The notes below the pieces were generated by a model. The model was given only the letters and a program-made list of their open reading frames with translations. It did no database searches and had not been told where the DNA came from. DNA of 64,000 bases, taken from positions 4,464,001 to 4,528,000 of the forward strand of contig NC_042997.1 of the NCBI RefSeq assembly GCF_006345805.1, read 5' to 3'. Shown here in pieces: positions 36,875 through 51,380 of this stretch. Position 1 is the first letter of the stretch, and each line of letters begins with the position of its first letter. The translations under genes and the position numbers were made by a program. The stretch is from Octopus sinensis. Lineage: Eukaryota.

Positions 36875-38589
36875 TATATAATGAGAGGGATTGAGAAATG
36901 GTTAGGGAAAAAGATAGAGGGAGATTTATCTTTTCAGATGCGCTATGAAGTTTAATCTAAGATATTCATTACTATACAATCTTTATCACAAAATGTTAGA
37001 CATATGTCACACATTTCTTTAACTTCTTCATTCTCACAGTTTTACATTAGTATTACCGGCTCTTAATTAATAAAAAAAAAAAACTCATTGTACGCTAGAA
37101 GTATTGAATAGATTTCCTTTTTCTTATTTTACGAGCATTTCTATATAGAATTTTCTTTTTTAGTTGATCTGTGAATTTCGATGAAGATACTCTCACGACG
37201 ACAATGTTTACTTTTAGAAATATTCAAGCTATATGACTCATATACTCGACAAGAGAACAACTTAAATTAAGCCCTAAAGGGCTTCATAAGCAATGCTACA
37301 TTTATCTATGATGCTCAAAAAAAGAAATAAAATGCAACTTTGTATTGTGCAGATTATAACACGGGAAAGTAATAAAGACGTGAAAAAGCATTCCCTATTA
37401 AATATTTTCTTAATTAAGTCTATATTCATTCAAATTTGAGGTTATCTTGACGCTGTATATAAAATGGATATCATGAAAGAAGGTTTTATTATAGGATGTA
37501 GATGAAAATCATTAGATATTCCTGTTAGTTATTTCTCTTATATTTTCTTCGTAATTATCTTCTGACATCAAAATTATTTTATTAGAAAATGTAATTCGCC
37601 TGAAGATGCTTCTGCAAATGCCTACTGAGAAGATATGTACATTTTATGTGTATTATATATAATTCAGTAGAATCAATGAGTTATATTCAGAGCAAAATAT
37701 AATTGTTCTTAGACAAATAATACAGATATACGGTGAATTTCAAGGGACCTCATTAATGAACGGTATTTATTAAACTTAGAATGACATAGTTTACACAATG
37801 AGTATATAAATTTTAAACATAATTATACATGTTTAACCCAACATTAGAGCGTATCAATGATTTACGCTGAAAAATCAAATATTTTATATATGAAATAGGT
37901 TAAGAAACAAAATAATATAGAAACATCTAATTTTAGGCTCATACACACGCACCCACTGTCACAATCATACATATATACACGCCCAAACAAACTCACACGT
38001 ATATATAGTAGGGAAATTGTGTGTGTGTGTGTACTTTATTTATGTGTGTATATCTGTGTCTGACTTCATTTAAGTATTTCAGTGTAAATACGCATATGTA
38101 TATGTATCCGTGTGAAAGTGAATGCATTTGTCAACGAAATGTATTTCCTTCAACGCTTATTTCGGAATCAATGCCTACTTATATGTAATATATTGAAGAT
38201 ACATTCGCATGAGAAGCGAATTTCCTTTAAGTAGATATTCATAATTTCTGGGTTTATTTCTCGATTTTCGTACTTGCATTTGATTTTGATAAAGAATGTA
38301 TGAAATAATTTGTCTTCTAAACTACTCACTTATCTCTATATTATCGTTTGACCTGTCGAAAACAAAGTACATTAATTACTGCGTACATATTTGGCAAAAT
38401 AATTTTCTGTAAACAAATCAGAATTTATAGCTTGAATTTATTGTTAATTTTGAAAGGCTAAATTTTGCACTTGATAAATAATTATTCATGGCAAAACATA
38501 TTAGCAGGATTCAAGTTTTATATGACTCCAACAACGACATTCACCTTAAATGCACAGAAAACGTGGGTTTAAAACTTTCCAAGTAAGTT

Positions 38590-38664
<75 letters not shown>

Positions 38665-39547
38665 CATACACACACACGCACTCACGCATATGTATGTTAC
38701 AGAATAATTGGTATGTAGAAATTGAGACAGATATACTTTAATCACTCAGTTGCTAATTTATTCAGAGTTGCTTACATCATAAAAACTAGTACTGGCTTTT
38801 TATATGCCGCAATCCTGTAATTTTTCATTTTAGTAGTTGTCCTTTATAATCTAAGGTTATGTATTGTGCTCGTTTGACTGAAAATACAGACAGTCCAAAC
38901 GATAAATTGTTTCAGCGACCGAGGTGCAAAAGGTTTTCATTTAAGTTATGACTTCCATATGCTTACAAGTGTTTCGCAACGTTCTTTGTATAGAATTAAT
39001 TTCGGTATGCAATAATTCTGGGTAGCTATTTTCATCAAGCTATAGTTTGTTTAAATAACTGACTGTGGTCATAATGCGTGTCCATTTTCTCTATATGACT
39101 TAGTGGATACTTTCAACTATTATTTCTCTGTAACAAGTGCTAAAAGCAAGATGTACTTTAGTTTGCAACATCCGCAATTTCTAAAAGATATCGGCACGTT
39201 TTTCTGAGTAACCGCTATTGTTCAACTGGTACTCTATATGATGCTCTTTTCAGTGTAGTGCATTTGTTATTTAGATTGTGAGAATATCTGTGTTGAATAT
39301 GAGGACCGGCACATCAGTCTTATATTACCCCGGGTAAATTACTGTACGAGGCCTTATAGATTTTATTCTTATTGACCGCAAGCCACAATATACATTGAGC
39401 AGATTTGGGACTCTGGACAAGTGAGGGACCTGGGGAAACTGCCCAATGAAGGCATGTTTTAAGACGGCCTGAATAGTATGATATTTGTGTTTTCAGCTCT
39501 TAAATTACTCACGCGATGTCTTTTAAAATTAACATGTACTTTTAATG

Positions 39548-39735
39548 GAGGTGATAGTGCAAAATTCTTAGCGACATTTTGTCCATCTTTACCTTCTGAG
39601 ATCGAATTACGCCGTGGTTGTGTTCACCTTTCATCCTTTCGGGATCGGTAAAATAAGTAACAATTGTGCACTAGGTCCAATAGAATCAATATACCCTGCC
39701 CTCGAATTTGCTTTACTGCGCCAAAATTTGAAACC
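39548..39735 (+). mobile_element. SINE family S2, degenerate
   Basis: CCTTTCATCCTTTCGGGATCGGTAAAATAAGTA...CCAAAATTTGAAAC. Confidence 0.65.
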
Positions 39736-41037
39736 TATAGCGAGATATACTTAAATATGATGAAACATAGTAGTATATTAAAAAATTGGTATCTGAGTGC
39801 ATAGGATTATAGTTATTTGAGAATACTAATGAAACGTAATTATTTAATTATTTGATTTCATTATAATATAATATTCTGATTACCTCAATTTTAAAAACAT
39901 ATTTGAACATCTTTGCCCATAATGTTCACTGATATTTCTGTAATTGGAAACAGTGTAAACAATTACATTAGCATTATATTTGAAATATATATTTTCTGAA
40001 GTCACAGAGTCAAGTTCCTACAGAAACTAATTTACTTTGACTTCGTAACTTATCGGTAGAGATGGAATTCTAGTGATAAAATTAATTGTATTGGATAACG
40101 AAACAAAATTCACACAACTGATATATTTTATCGGCTGCGTAAGCAGTGGTTCTGCATGAGATAAGGCTTTTTCATACATATATTAAATTTACTGCTTATT
40201 GTTATGTATTGAAACATATCCATACATACTCACACACACACATACACACGCGCACACACGGACGCATGCACACATTCACACATACGTACACACACAGACA
40301 CAGACAAGCACACACGCAAACACACATATATGAAAGCATTTCTGTTATTTTGGGAACTTACATAGCAAGTCTAAGAATCAATCAATACATTCGGACCATG
40401 TTATGATGCTATAAGTTCCTGATATATTTTTCTGTCATTTTTGTTTAACAAAGAATTAGGATTGGCAATTCTTAAGATGCACACAATGCATATATTTCTT
40501 TCAAACACCTTTAATTCTAACCAAATGTGAAAACTAAAAAATGCGTAATATACATACTATATTTCGAGTTCTTTTGTACAACCACTCAATTCTCATTAGT
40601 AACTCAAGCCCAAGGCTTTACTCCTGACGCTAAACATTTTCTGTAAACTTGCTATATTTAGTGTGGTCCCTACGCAAGAAGAGATGCAGCAGAAAGCAGC
40701 AGATCGATTTCATTCAGAAACCGGTCACATTCTTTTCCACATTCTTGCAACCAAGGACCTGGTAAAAGCATTACAGTTTCGGAGCTGAGACTATTCTGTC
40801 AAATATTATGCTTATTTATCCATACTGTCTTGCATTAATCACATAGCTTAGAGATATTAAACCTTTGAGAGTTTCAAAGACGTGATTATTGGTTTTCAGA
40901 ATGAAATTGTACCGTGTATGTAAGGGTCGAAAACTGGATGGTTTGAATGTAAAGAGGGCAGAATATTTGGTCCGTATTTGGCCGGTTTCAATGCTACTTG
41001 GTGCATTGTGTATGCGTGTGTGTATGTATGTGTGCGA

Positions 41038-41092
<55 letters not shown>

Positions 41093-41190
41093 CGTGTGTG
41101 TATAGGGAGAGGTATAGAGAGATAGACAGACAGACAGATGGATAGATTATTACATATGTATATATAAATATATATATATATTTATGCATT

Positions 41191-41881
41191 TATGGGTACA
41201 GGATGTCACCAACACTAAGCAACATTAACTACGAAAACAAATGATAAATACTCATACAACGGGAGAAAAATATAAAATAGGACATGTAACACAAGCAAGG
41301 GCCCTTCACCAGTTGTCGGCTCTCTTTCTACTCCGTATTTCCACCAATCAACAACAATAGGAGTTTTCGAAGACAGTTATTCCCATAAATACGGAAATCT
41401 TTTGGATTTACGGAGGTTTAAATTTGAGAATAGAAACAGGAGAGTGGAAACATACAAGTAAACCGAACGAAAAGAAACATAGTGGGTCGTTAGACCAGGA
41501 GTGGGAAATAGTGAACGCTGAGAGAAATACTTTCTATGAAAAGAGAAAAAAATAGAAGAGAGAGATAGATGTCCAGTCCTTAGAACGTACGTGCTGAGAA
41601 AAAAGATGGTCAAGTGAGGAAAAGAAAGATGGATGATGGTCATGTGTGTGCGACGGGAGAGAGAAGAAGCGAAAGACGGAGAGAGAGAGATAGAATATGG
41701 TGAAGCGGGGATAAAGTTAACTCGTGAAAGAAGGGGAAGAAAACAGTAAAAAGTAGTGTCGCGCATCAAAAGAGTTAAGATAATCTTACTTGGAAATGAA
41801 TGCGTGGCGTTCAATTCAATAATAATATAAAAAATATATATGTATATGTGTGTGTCTATGTATGTATTTATGTATGTATGA

Positions 41882-41945
<64 letters not shown>

Positions 41946-42525
41946 GTACAGGACGTCAGAGTCTGTAAACAACATGATATACGAAAACAAATGATTTAAA
42001 TACACAAACAACGAGAGAAAATGGAAAGCAGAACAAGTAACACAAAAATTGACACTTCATCAGTTGTCGGCTGTGTATCTGCTCCCCATTTCGAGCAATC
42101 AACCACAATATGACTTTTCGAAGACAGCTCTCCCTATAAAAACCAAAAGAAAATTTTTGATTTATGGAATGTTAAAGTTTGGAATATAAACAGGACATAC
42201 AAGAAAAGCGAACGAGAACAAACATAGAGGGCGGCTAGTGCAGAGGATGGGGGGGGGGAATAGTGAACGCTGAGATAAATATTTTCTTTGAAAAAAGAAA
42301 AGATAGAAGAGAGAGAGAGGAGATGTCCAGTCCTTAGAACGTCTGTGCAGCAAATGAAAGAGGGACGATGGTCAAGCGTGAGAAACGGGAGTGAGAAAAA
42401 GAGGAAGAGAGAGAGAGGAGAGAGGAAGAGACAGATAGTATACGGTGAAGCGTATAAAAAGGGAATTAGAGAAGGATAGGGGTAGAAAACAGTATAGAGT
42501 AGAGTCGCATCAAGAGTGTTAGAAT
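41191..42525. repeat. Two diverged adjacent copies of an unclassified ~590-bp repeat (41191-41781, 41941-42525)
   Basis: Both start TATGGGTACAGGA and share CAGTTGTCGGCT, TTTTCGAAGACAG, GGAA(A)TAGTGAACGCTGAGA, GATGTCCAGTCCTTAGAACGT and GGTGAAGCG. Confidence 0.8.
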
Positions 42526-42625
42526 ATGTGGTGAAATCGTGAAAAAACTCACTTCCTCGAAGAACAACAATCTGCTTAAGCCCAACAAGCATGGTTTCCG
42601 TGATGGCAGGGACTGCCTGTCACAC
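42526..42625 (+). mobile_element. Short CR1-like RT fragment
   Basis: NNLLKPNKHGFRDGRDCLSH (QHGF..GRSC-like). Confidence 0.6.
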
Positions 42626-43134
42626 TTTTTTGCTAATCATTGGCGAGATTGTTTTTACCAGGGTTCTTTAAATATAAAATCATAACAATGTATTCCAAAT
42701 GTCTTATCGTGTAATTCGTTTATTCCATCGAATACATATCCGAAAAATACGATGAATGTTATTTATGCTCGTAGATTTTTACGAACAATCTCAGGTGAAA
42801 TAATGAGTTACTAAGAATTGATATTAACATTTCGAGACGATTGTAGCTCAAATATTGTGAATTTTTTAAAGTATATTTTGTAGACGTATATTTGATCGTA
42901 TATAGAGCTTAACGACGTTCATTCAAGGTAAACATTTTTGACCGAGTACATTATTTACTAATATTTCAAGCATGATTTAAATTTCTTTCCTATTTTCACC
43001 CTAAATTTAAAAATGATAATGGGTATTGTGCCAAATAGAAAAGTATCGATGTGGAGGAAAGTTCTTAATTAATTTTCATTGGCTAAGTTATAATTTTGTT
43101 GACGCCAATAATCAACATCTTTGACAAATTACTC

Positions 43135-43400
43135 AGGGTTTCGTGTATCTCCGAAAAGTTCTACCTGCGACGATTTCATCTCAATCGAAGGAGAGGAGCT
43201 TTCTCCGTCCGGGTTGCGGATCCGTGGAACAAGCTGCCAGACGAGATGGTGAAGATGCCGACGACCGCTTTGTTCAAAGCCTCCCTTGACCTCAAGTGGC
43301 CTGAACTCTTTACATGAACACCACCCGGTACTTAACTCAATGTCCCCCTACATGGCCTTGCTACTTGCTTTTGAGCCAAATTAACTAACTAACTAACTAA
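43135..43400 (+). mobile_element. CR1-like LINE 3' end with (TAAC)n tail
   Basis: RRGAFSVRVADPWNKLPDEMV...FKASLD, stop, short UTR, TAAC repeats. Confidence 0.8.
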
Positions 43401-44775
43401 TCAAACGCACCCGAATTCTTTAACGGTAAAAGCGGTATCCCATTCTATATTCATGGATGCTATTGAAAGTGATGCAGAAAATATGTATATATACAAATGA
43501 GCTATGGTATAAATTATTTTTCTTGTCGGATCACAAATGTATATGAACAATAACAGTCCATTTGTATTATTATACAAATTAGACAGTAAACAGTACAAAC
43601 GATGTATCGAATAGAGTACGACGAAAACTGAGTCAAAATCTCCAGCGTGGTCATATCTAACAATAAAGTCTCCATAGCCAAGAAGACAGAATAAAGACCA
43701 AATGCTGGGTAAACATGAATTGTCTATAATGAGAGAATATGTCCGTATGTATGTCTCAAATTTGACCACCTATATTGATATTTCATGCTGAGGAAAACAT
43801 CGACCAAACACCGTAATAACTACTCGCTTATAAGCAGTGTGCTTAATATGCGTTCATATCCCAATACAGTCGGCTATGCGTACAGGAATCAACCCCTTAT
43901 TTTAATCTGGTACAACGTAAGTGAACAGTTCATAGCAAAAAAACATTTTTAAAAATATTTATTACAAGAAAGATCACGGATAATAAAATTATAGAATAAG
44001 TGGGTATGCGTGTAACATCCATTAATATATCATTTATACAATTCTGTAAAGATTTTCCAGTTGTTAAGCGCTTGAAGGACATAGCAAAAATCTATATATA
44101 ATATACAGTGCATATACATGAGACTATATTATGCAATATGTAGTGTACAACGTACATCAGATGAGAAAATTGGGCGCAAATCTTTATATATCGTGGATTA
44201 CTTTTTTCATATAGATATTACGTTCTGTTCTTTTCTAAATACATAATATCTTTACACACATTCAAAGTTGCATTTCATATTCAGTTATATAAATGCAAGA
44301 GAAAATATAGAGGCTATCCAAATACGAGTCAAACACAGATGCACAAATTAATATCACGCAAGATTGCCTATCAAATTTGTTACAAAAGCCATGAAACTCT
44401 GATATTGGAGGGATTCCTCAATGGCTTAGAGCATTTACTTCCATTATAACATATATTTGCTCTGTGGTAATTGATGGAAATTCTCATCGATATAGGGGTC
44501 ATGATATTGCTTTTTACTACAAAAATCTCTCTATGTAACTACGTACCACAACGTTCATATTTTCATTAACACAAATAGGGACATCTTTTCTAACCGGATT
44601 TGTTAATTTGCTCATAAATGTCTAAGAAAAACACCCAAATATTTTGTGTAATCACAAAGAAGAAAAACGTTGTCATCAAAAACGTAATATCACATATATT
44701 AAATATTGAGCTAAAATTTAATTCCCCAAATTCGTCCAGAAAGTTGTGTGCTAACGATAGTTGTGAGATTAATTT

Positions 44776-46077
44776 GGACTGCCTAACACAGCTCTTACAC
44801 CACATTGAACTTGGGAACAGGTTCGAACTCTGATGTCATATATCTTGTCTTCAGTAAAGCGTTCGACAGGGTAGACCATAATATCCTACTCTCAAAATTG
44901 GCAAATGTTGGAATCCGTGGAAAAGTTGTACACTGGATTAAGTATTTCTTGGCGAATAGAACACAACATGTTGTAGTTGATGGAGTCCACTCAAGCCCAG
45001 CAAAAGTCACCAGCGGTGTCCCCAAGGTGACTGTCTTGGGTCCGCTACTCTTCATAATCTACATAAATGACCTTTCCAGTGTCGTACATTACTGAAAAGT
45101 GAAAATATTTGCTGATGACACTAGGCTCCACCAAATCGTCAATTAAGAAGAAGACCGAACTCAACTCCAGTGTGATCTATATGCTGTGTGTCAATGGGCA
45201 GACAGAAACAAAATGCAACTGAATGAGGGAAAATTTGAGCTGATGCGTTTTGGAAGAAATTTCTCACAAAAACAGCCGTAGTCTCTTCCTTCAGGGGAAC
45301 CGCTCACAGTCTCTAACAATATCAGAGACCTGGGTGTAATTGTTGATGACGATCTCAGTTGGAGTGCACACATCAACAAGAAGGTTGATATAGCTCGTAG
45401 GATGGATTCCTGGATCTTGAGAACTTTCCGGTCCAGAGAACAAGGTGTCATCATAGCACTTTTCCCTCCTTTGTACGGCCACAACTCGAATACTGCTGCC
45501 CATTGTGTTCTCCACATACAAGACAAAATATCTCGAGGATTGAATCACCCAAGAGAGCACTCACTAAACGAATTGAAGGCATGGCTGCTCTCGATTATTG
45601 GGATCACCTTAAAGCCTTGAAACTCTACTCTCTCCAGCGTCGCCGTGAGCGGTACATCATTTGTACGATGTGGAGAATATACCGCCAACTTTGCCCAAAC
45701 GACCTGGATATTAGCTTCAAGGTTTATCCAAGTCTGGGACCACGGGCCATACGTCCCAGGCCCATTTCAAGATTACAGCATACATGTACACTACAACATA
45801 ATTTCTTTTCCTCAACAGGCCCTGCCCTATTTAACATTGTCCCGAAAGAGATCAAAGAGGAAAAGGATCCCATCAACTTTAAACGGAGTCTGTATATATT
45901 CTGTCACGGAATACTAGATAAGCCACCAATAATTGGATACAACTCACCCAACAAAAACTCACTACTTGAATGGACCATAAACTGAACTTGACTTAAACAG
46001 GATTCAAATAATCCTGTCAGGTGGTGCTATTAAGTTAGACATGGCCTGAACCAATTATTGGTGGAAACATATGTAAG
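44776..46077 (+). mobile_element. CR1-like LINE, 3' 1.3 kb, disabled
   Basis: VIYLVFSKAFDRVDH, SGVPKVTVLGPLLF, IFADDT, RDLGVIVD, LKLYSLQRRRER; stop at 45985; 3' UTR with GGTGGTGC...CATGGCC...GAAAC. Confidence 0.88.
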
Positions 46078-46393
46078 TTTATATATATATATATATTGAT
46101 TAGTTACCAAAAGGAAGTTGATCAGGCCCAATATATTAGAATGCCAACTTTCTGCCAAATGAATTATTCAAAACAGTCGACAAGACGACGACGGAAAGTG
46201 GATGGCAATTTATTTATCTATCGGTTGATGGCAATTTACTTATATATTGTACCATCAGTTAGGTATATATATATATATGAGTGTGTGTGTGTGTGTGTGG
46301 CTGTATTCTATGAAGTTTGGTTGCCAAACTTCGTAACACATATCTTTGTGTGTGCAATATCAAATGAAAACTAAAAGAAGCCTGTCGTATATG

Positions 46394-46468
<75 letters not shown>

Positions 46469-46479
46469 ATATACATTTC

Positions 46480-46690
46480 AAATTTATAGAATAGCAGTTA
46501 CGAAGATAGATTAGTATAGGAACAGCAAGCAAGTGTATTAGTTTGACGTTTTGGAAAGATGGAAAAGCCTGTTGCGTTTCGAGGCTACGCTCTTCAAGAG
46601 AAATAATAAGTGGAAGTAAACAGAGAGAGAATGTGTTTTGTTTTTGTGTCATCTTTACTACTCCATAAATTACTGGTTCGACAAAAAGAC
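46480..46690 (-). mobile_element. Hammerhead-bearing repeat, copy 2
   Basis: Minus strand 46603-46541: TTT-CTCTTGA-A-GAGC-GTAG-CCTC-GAAACG...CGTC-AAA. Confidence 0.55.
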
Positions 46691-46992
46691 TCCTATACAA
46701 AAAGTACGAGACTTAAAAAGAAAATTAAGTTCTGGAGTCGATTCCTTCAAAACATTGCTGAAGTGTAAGGCCTGAAACATGTAAATGATAAAAGATATAT
46801 GAAAATCATAAGACGTTGAAATCTTTCGAGGGAAAAATATAATATTCCTGGAACAGTGGATCTCGAAATGCTAAAATCTATTAATAATATGCTGCGTACA
46901 TAAACCAGTATTACAGGTATTCATATAATAACACTTCAATTAATATTGCTGAACACAATAATCTCGTCCTTGAACAAATGAAATCATGACAC

Positions 46993-47047
<55 letters not shown>

Positions 47048-47082
47048 CTTCACGAATGGTAATATTACATTCTCAAAAATAA

Positions 47083-47287
47083 GGTGGCGAGTTGGCAGGA
47101 TAGTTAGCACTCCGGGGTAAATGCTTAGCAACATTTCGTCCGTCATCATTTTCTTAGCTCAAATTCTGCCGATGTCGACTGTGACATTCATATTTTCAGG
47201 GTTGAGGAAAATGGATACCAGCTGAACAATGGATTCGATGTACTCTACGTACCCAGCCTCCAGAATTGCTGGCTTTATGTTAAAATT
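47083..47287 (+). mobile_element. SINE family S2
   Basis: GGTGGCGAGTTGGCAG...GTTAGCAC.CCGGG..AAATGCTTAGC...CAAATTCTGCCGA.GTCGAC. Confidence 0.75.
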
Positions 47288-47300
47288 AATAGTCCATTCT

Positions 47301-47385
47301 CAATGGTATAATATATATCACAAATGGTATAAAATATATCACAAATGGTGTAAGATATATCACAAATGGTATATAATATATCACA
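47301..47385. repeat. 21-bp minisatellite, ~4 copies (AAATGGTATAAAATATATCAC-like)
   Basis: Directly visible. Confidence 0.85.
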
Positions 47386-49261
47386 CGTCAGATGTGCAAT
47401 TATTTGATAGCTTTTGATAATACTGGCTCCAACACTATTATCAAAGATCAGTTGCTTTGAATTAAGATGCGTTTCACATATAAAAGAAAATCTGTATTTT
47501 AGACAATAGAATACGAACCCCGTTTGCGTGCAATCACTAAAACGATTTCCCTGTTAACTATGCATTATGACATTTGGTCTATCTTCAGATACAATATTTG
47601 AAAGTTTGCGTTGAATAATTCTTGAAGAAAAAAAAAATAGATCGCAATAATTCCTAAATCACAAGTGGAAGATATAGAATAAAATGAAACAGAGACACAT
47701 TTCATTTATTTCGTATGTTTCTTTTGTGTTAACTGCAACATTTATTACCCTGCAGTTAAATTACTTAGATAGCTACTTCAAAAAAATATTTAGATGAATA
47801 TTCTCCAGGGAATATTTCTTTTTTTTTTCATTTTGTAAGAAAATGAAATTATGCAATATATAGAATTCTTGGAATATATATTTGAGAAAAATAATTTAAT
47901 GTTTTGAAATACATGTTTTTAAATATATATATCTGAAACAAGGTGTGGATGATGTTCAAAATGATTTTGCATAACAATACTGATGTTAATTTCCTGCGAT
48001 GCAATTTGAAATGTTTTTTGCTGAAAATTTTCGTTGTTGTTGATGATACTTGTGATAGTAATATTTCAGCAGAGATTTGAAGTTTACACGACTTGCATGT
48101 ATGGTGAATTACCTCTTGAGATGTTAACAGACGTTTGCTTAACAAATGTGATGATTATACTTAATATTTTGATGATTCATAGCCAATTCCTGCAAATATC
48201 ACCTAGAGATAATATTTGTTTCAAAAGGCCAAATTTAACTCTCTACAAGCTTGGTTTTCTTTTCTATTGTACTATTAGTCTGAGTATGATTACTTTTATA
48301 CCGTCAATATTTTAGCATTAAGACTGATCAACTGAACTACTGTGAGGTGTTTCTTCGCTTCCAAATCGTCTCATGCGGTTCTTGGAAAAGTTACTTTCAC
48401 TTCCGATGCGGGTGAGCAAATCCCAGCCGGTTGAAGAAATTGTAATATACAGGTAAGTCAGACATAAGTAGTTTACATCGTCTCTATTTATTTCTGAATA
48501 TTATAGAGTTATTGAATATAACTTCGGCTCCATAGGAAATTGTCCATTATCCTCCATGTCTATCAGGAAACCCCGGTATTATTGCGTGGCAGCTCTTCGT
48601 GGTTCATATTTCCTACTCATACAAGAGCATGCATAAATAAACTTTGTTTGTAAACATGTACGTTTAGAAAGATTCTCTTTCTTAATTTACCTGAAGATAT
48701 AGGAAACTAATTTTTTTTATCACTTTGTTATAAGCGCAGCTTTCACAAACTTAGCTACCGCTTATATACCTCTTGGTGATTTTCTAACGATAAAGTCAAG
48801 ATGGACGTAATTATATGTTGAAGGTACCTAAAATTTCTATCATCTCAAACCAGACATTTTGATGGTTAATAGTTATTACAGAATTTTATGGGAGTTACTT
48901 ATACAGACTTATTATGGAATTGAATCAACGACATTAAATGTGATCTCACACGAGGGAACCATAAATGCTTTAAACTCATATATTTCCAATCTCTTAAGGT
49001 ATTTTCAAAACTAACGGGAGAATGTTCAGAAATGCAAGGTCTCCGCTAGTGATGGAAAAACACTGTGTAACTTAAAAATCACAAAATTTATTATGGTAAA
49101 GTGAGCACAAAGCAAACTGCTAAACTGATACTAAGATAGTGATGAACTGCTGCCAAGTTCAGTATAAAACTTGAACTGACATGTTCAAGTATCTCTAAGA
49201 AATCAACAATAACAACAACAATAAAAATAAGTATTTTTCTTATGATAAAAATACTTTCTAA

Positions 49262-49406
49262 TTTTGGTACAAGAGCAGCAAATTTGTGTGGAAAAAGTAA
49301 ACCGATTGCATCAAACGCAGTTCTTAGTTAGCTGGAAAGTTATTTCTATACATCACACGTAAGGATGAAAAGCAAATTTGACCCCCCGGAGAATTTCAGT
49401 TCGGAA
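49262..49406 (-). mobile_element. SINE family S2, highly degenerate
   Basis: Plus strand AAGGATGAAAAGCAAA.TTGACC...GAATTT is the reverse complement of the S2 core. Confidence 0.5.
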
Positions 49407-49578
49407 GGTAATGAATTAGAAGAAATGTCAATAAAGATTTTCTCTACACGCTAACAAAAGCAATACTATTAAATAATATTCAGAAATCTGCAACAGATCA
49501 CTGTACATATATACACACACACAAACATACACATATATATGCATGTATGTATGTATATATATATAGATACATACATAC

Positions 49579-49628
<50 letters not shown>

Positions 49629-49641
49629 GTACATATGTATA

Positions 49642-49695
<54 letters not shown>

Positions 49696-49707
49696 TATAT
49701 ATATATT

Positions 49708-49748
<41 letters not shown>

Positions 49749-50419
49749 ATGTATGTATGTATGTATGTATGTACGTACACACAGATACAAAAATAAATAC
49801 ATTGGTGGAATTCAGGAACTTTTTCAAATAGACAAAGGCCTAGTCATATGTAATTCTATACACATAACCGTAGATAACAAAAACACAAATAATTGACAGG
49901 ACCTACTGCTGAGAGAATGGAATGTAACATTTTGTAATTTACTTGAGCCTTCCAGTCCATATGATACTTAACCAGAAATCGCATTTATTTCATTGAAACC
50001 ATCACAATCGTACACTATATGCTTTCTGTTCAGATATTCTCCAGGAAGATGAAGATAGCCAATAGCTCATACTATGAACAGGATATCTTCGGCTCATACG
50101 CTGCTCCGGTCAACTCTTGACAACGGCAATTCGATGCACACACAGAAGTCAGCAATGCAAATATACAGGACCTGTAGATACTGAAATGTTTCTTAATCTT
50201 GATGAATCTTTGACCTGTTAGTTTGATGGAAGATTTAGCAAATCCATACGAAGTATGAAACCAGACTCACTATTGCCGTGCTAAGACTAATACGTCTAGA
50301 AAATATTCATATTTTCCATTTTAGAAGTCTTTTAGAATAGGCCACATCGGCTATACTCGTTGCGACGTTTAATCATTTGTATAATAGGGCAAACCATACC
50401 CCCATCTCATGGCTTACTT

Positions 50420-50605
50420 GTTAGAATGATTAACTTATCATCGTTAGACTTTGGCTTCGATTCCTGGTCCGTGCGATGTATTGTATTTTGAGCAAAAATC
50501 TTCATTTCACGATGCATAAATGAGTAATCCTGCAATGAATTGGAGTCGCGTCTAAGTGGTGAATATATACTCCATCAAACCGGCCCTTATATGTCGATAT
50601 GGCTC
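50420..50605 (+). mobile_element. Old tRNA-derived SINE (third family, V/CORE-like), degenerate
   Basis: GGCTTCGATTCC B-box-like, TTGAGCAA....CTTCATTTCAC, AAATGAGTAA...TGC.ATG.A.TGG.GTC.CGTC. Confidence 0.45.
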
Positions 50606-51268
50606 GAGAAGATAGTTTCACTACTTTATTTAACCTCCAATTACCTACTATAGATATGAAGCTTCGCGCCCTTCGAACTCGTTGTACATGAGACAAATTG
50701 CAACAAAAGATTGGCTATATTTCAGATGTTAAACTCAAAACATAGTCTGAACTTCGTCTAAATATACTGCTCGGAAAAATAAGTGCGCTACAGAAAACTG
50801 ATATATATGAATAATGACCAAACTACAGTTATTATTTCTTTCATCATTGACATAATCGGCATATGTCTTGCATTCACTGCCTGACTGCGATTCAACAGTA
50901 ATAGCACAACAATAGCGCTTGAATTTGATTTTAGAACAGATTAATTTCTCAACCAGCTGAACCTGAGTATGCACCCCTCTGATTAGTTCAATTTGGGTTA
51001 TTACCTGATACTTATAACATAAACTCATAAAATAATACTCATAAAACAACACTCCCACCAACACCACCTCCAACATCTCAAATAATAATAATAATAATGA
51101 TAATAATAACAATGATAATAATACCTCTCTATTTCATCAAATATCTTGGGGATGGCGTACTAAGTCAATCATGATGACTTTGAACGCGAAGCGTAAAGTG
51201 CCGGAACAAATAAAGGAAAGCATTTCGTTTAAAATTCTAATGATTCTGTCAATCCACGATAATGATAA

Positions 51269-51380
51269 TAATTGATGCTCGGAAAATTAATTGTCGTTCC
51301 GGGAGAAAATTGATGTTCGGGAGTTAATTGATGTTGAAGGATATAAATGATGTTCGGGGAGGTAATTGATGGTCGGAGAC
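51269..51380. repeat. Degenerate ~18-20-bp minisatellite (AATTGATGTTCGGGA-like, ~6 units)
   Basis: Directly visible. Confidence 0.7.

Noticed and set aside
42057-42093. Minus-strand GAAA...CTGATGA as a type II hammerhead
   Set aside because: The 25 nt between the motifs do not fold into stems III and I, and the sister copy has CTGGTGA.
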